Virus record (IMG/VR): IMGVR_UViG_3300045988_003890
Span: 1 to 6,168 of that record
Origin: a virus
Direction: 5' to 3' (one strand)
DNA: 6,168 nucleotides
The notes beneath the pieces were generated by a model. The model made no database searches. It saw only the letters and a list, made by a program, of their open reading frames with translations, and was not told where the DNA came from. The position numbers and the translations under genes were made by a program. Every line of letters starts with the position of its first letter. Within the stretch, counting starts at the first letter, position 1. Positions 5,072-6,168 of this stretch are shown one piece after another.

Positions 5072-6109
5072 ATGCTAGGAACAATTATCGGTATAGGTGG
5101 GGCAATTGGAAGTGCAATTGCTAATAACAGCGCCAAAAGTAGCCAATACCAAGAAAATTTAGCTTTAATGAAATACCAGGCTAAATTGAATCAAAAACAA
5201 GCTTATTACAGCACAGGATTAGCAAAGGATTTATGGAATTACACCAACTACGAAAATTCAATGAAACATATAAAAGCCGCAGGACTTAGTCCTGGGCTTA
5301 TATATGGACAAGGCGGAGCAGGCGGAACAACTAGCGGAGCAGGTCAAGCAAACGGAGTAGGAATGCCAAGTAAAACAGGAACAGAAGCAGGACTACAAGC
5401 GCAAGGAATGGCACTACAATTAGCAAATATGGCTAGTCAAGTAAGGCTAAATGAAAGCCAAGCAAATAAAAATGAAGCCGATGCCGACAAAACAAGAGGT
5501 GTAGATACTAAATTACAAGAAGCTACAATTGATAACCTAATAGCCCAGACTTCAAATGAAAAAGTGAAAAAAGGGCTCATATTAGGACAAATCAGAGTGG
5601 CAGATGCGGAAGAGGAACTTAAACGAAACACAGCCGATTGGACTAAAGACAAAGCCGATGAAACACGCTGGAACATCAAAAGCCTACAAAAAGGAATTGA
5701 TAAACTAGCCGAAGAAATCAACGGAATGAAACTCGACAACGAGTTAAAAGAACGGACAATCGACAATAAAACAAAAGAAAGCGCATTAACACTCCAAAAC
5801 CTAATGGCTGAAATACTACTTAAAGGAAGTCAGCAAAAAGTCAATGAAGAGCAAGCAAAAGCGATTCCGGCACAAATCCTACAAGGATGGGAAGAGCTTA
5901 CAAAAAAGGGTAAAGCACTAATCATCCAAAAAGAACAAATGGAAGCCTATGCACAAGACGTAATAAACAGATACGAACTAGGCAAAAAAGGCCTGGACAT
6001 TGAAGAACAAAAGCTCGTCAAAGACATTGTACTAGGAATGCTTGAAATAGCCTCAAAAGGAGCCGGAGCAGCACTAGGGGCAAAAGTAGGCAAAACAGGT
6101 CTTCAATAA
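5072..6109 (+). CDS. VP2: Minor capsid / DNA pilot protein (Microviridae VP2 / H-like), 345 aa
   Basis: The N-terminus is Gly/Ala/Ile-rich (MLGTIIGIGGAIGSAIANN). It contains the motif KAAGLSPGLIYGQGGAGG, followed by a long charged heptad-like region typical of pilot proteins. The C-terminus is again Gly/Ala-rich. The gene lies immediately upstream of rep across the circular junction. Confidence 0.85.
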   Translation: MLGTIIGIGGAIGSAIANNSAKSSQYQENLALMKYQAKLNQKQAYYSTGLAKDLWNYTNYENSMKHIKAAGLSPGLIYGQGGAGGTTSGAGQANGVGMPSKTGTEAGLQAQGMALQLANMASQVRLNESQANKNEADADKTRGVDTKLQEATIDNLIAQTSNEKVKKGLILGQIRVADAEEELKRNTADWTKDKADETRWNIKSLQKGIDKLAEEINGMKLDNELKERTIDNKTKESALTLQNLMAEILLKGSQQKVNEEQAKAIPAQILQGWEELTKKGKALIIQKEQMEAYAQDVINRYELGKKGLDIEEQKLVKDIVLGMLEIASKGAGAALGAKVGKTGLQ

Positions 6110-6168
6110 TTATGTGCCTATATCCAAAACTCATACCAAATAAGCGGTACCTACCAACAAAAAAAAAT
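6070..6168. repeat. Terminal redundancy (right copy). It includes a duplicated partial rep 5' end at 6112..6168.
   Basis: Identical to 1..99. This is an assembly or linearisation overlap of a circular molecule, not a biological repeat. Confidence 0.95.

Noticed and set aside
1-6168. tRNA genes, CRISPR arrays, integrase or transposase genes, and terminal inverted repeats
   Set aside because: I found none on inspection. There is no T-loop or cloverleaf candidate, no spaced direct-repeat array, and no ORF with recombinase-like motifs. The only long repeat is the circularisation overlap.

Overview
The window is one complete circular ssDNA phage genome of the family Microviridae, linearised with a 99-nt terminal redundancy. 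Positions 1..99 are identical to 6070..6168, so the unit length is 6069 nt. All credible genes lie on the + strand, which is A-rich. The three hallmark genes are recognisable. Rep (VP4-like) at 43..1074 carries rolling-circle motifs FLTLT, HLHGIVW and YITKY plus the N-terminal CGDCYECR cysteine cluster. The major capsid protein (VP1/F-like) is at 2662..4578. The Gly-rich, coiled-coil minor capsid/pilot protein (VP2/H-like) is at 5072..6109. I see no phiX-type spike (G) or external scaffold (D) gene, so this is a non-Bullavirinae (gokusho-/alpavirus-like) microvirus. I cannot assign a subfamily without alignments. About a quarter of the genome (1075..2661) is non-core. It holds (i) a ~270-nt non-coding block of about 54% G+C by my hand count, dense with stable hairpins, in an otherwise AT-rich genome, (ii) a very AT-rich spacer with short repeats and a promoter-like motif, and (iii) a tightly packed string of small ORFan genes. 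That string includes a 30-aa single-TM peptide joined by an ATGA stop/start overlap to a small signal-anchor or lipoprotein-like protein. The GC-rich structured element is the most unusual thing here. It could be a phage-encoded structured RNA or an ssDNA complementary-strand origin or packaging structure. I cannot place it in any RNA family I know.
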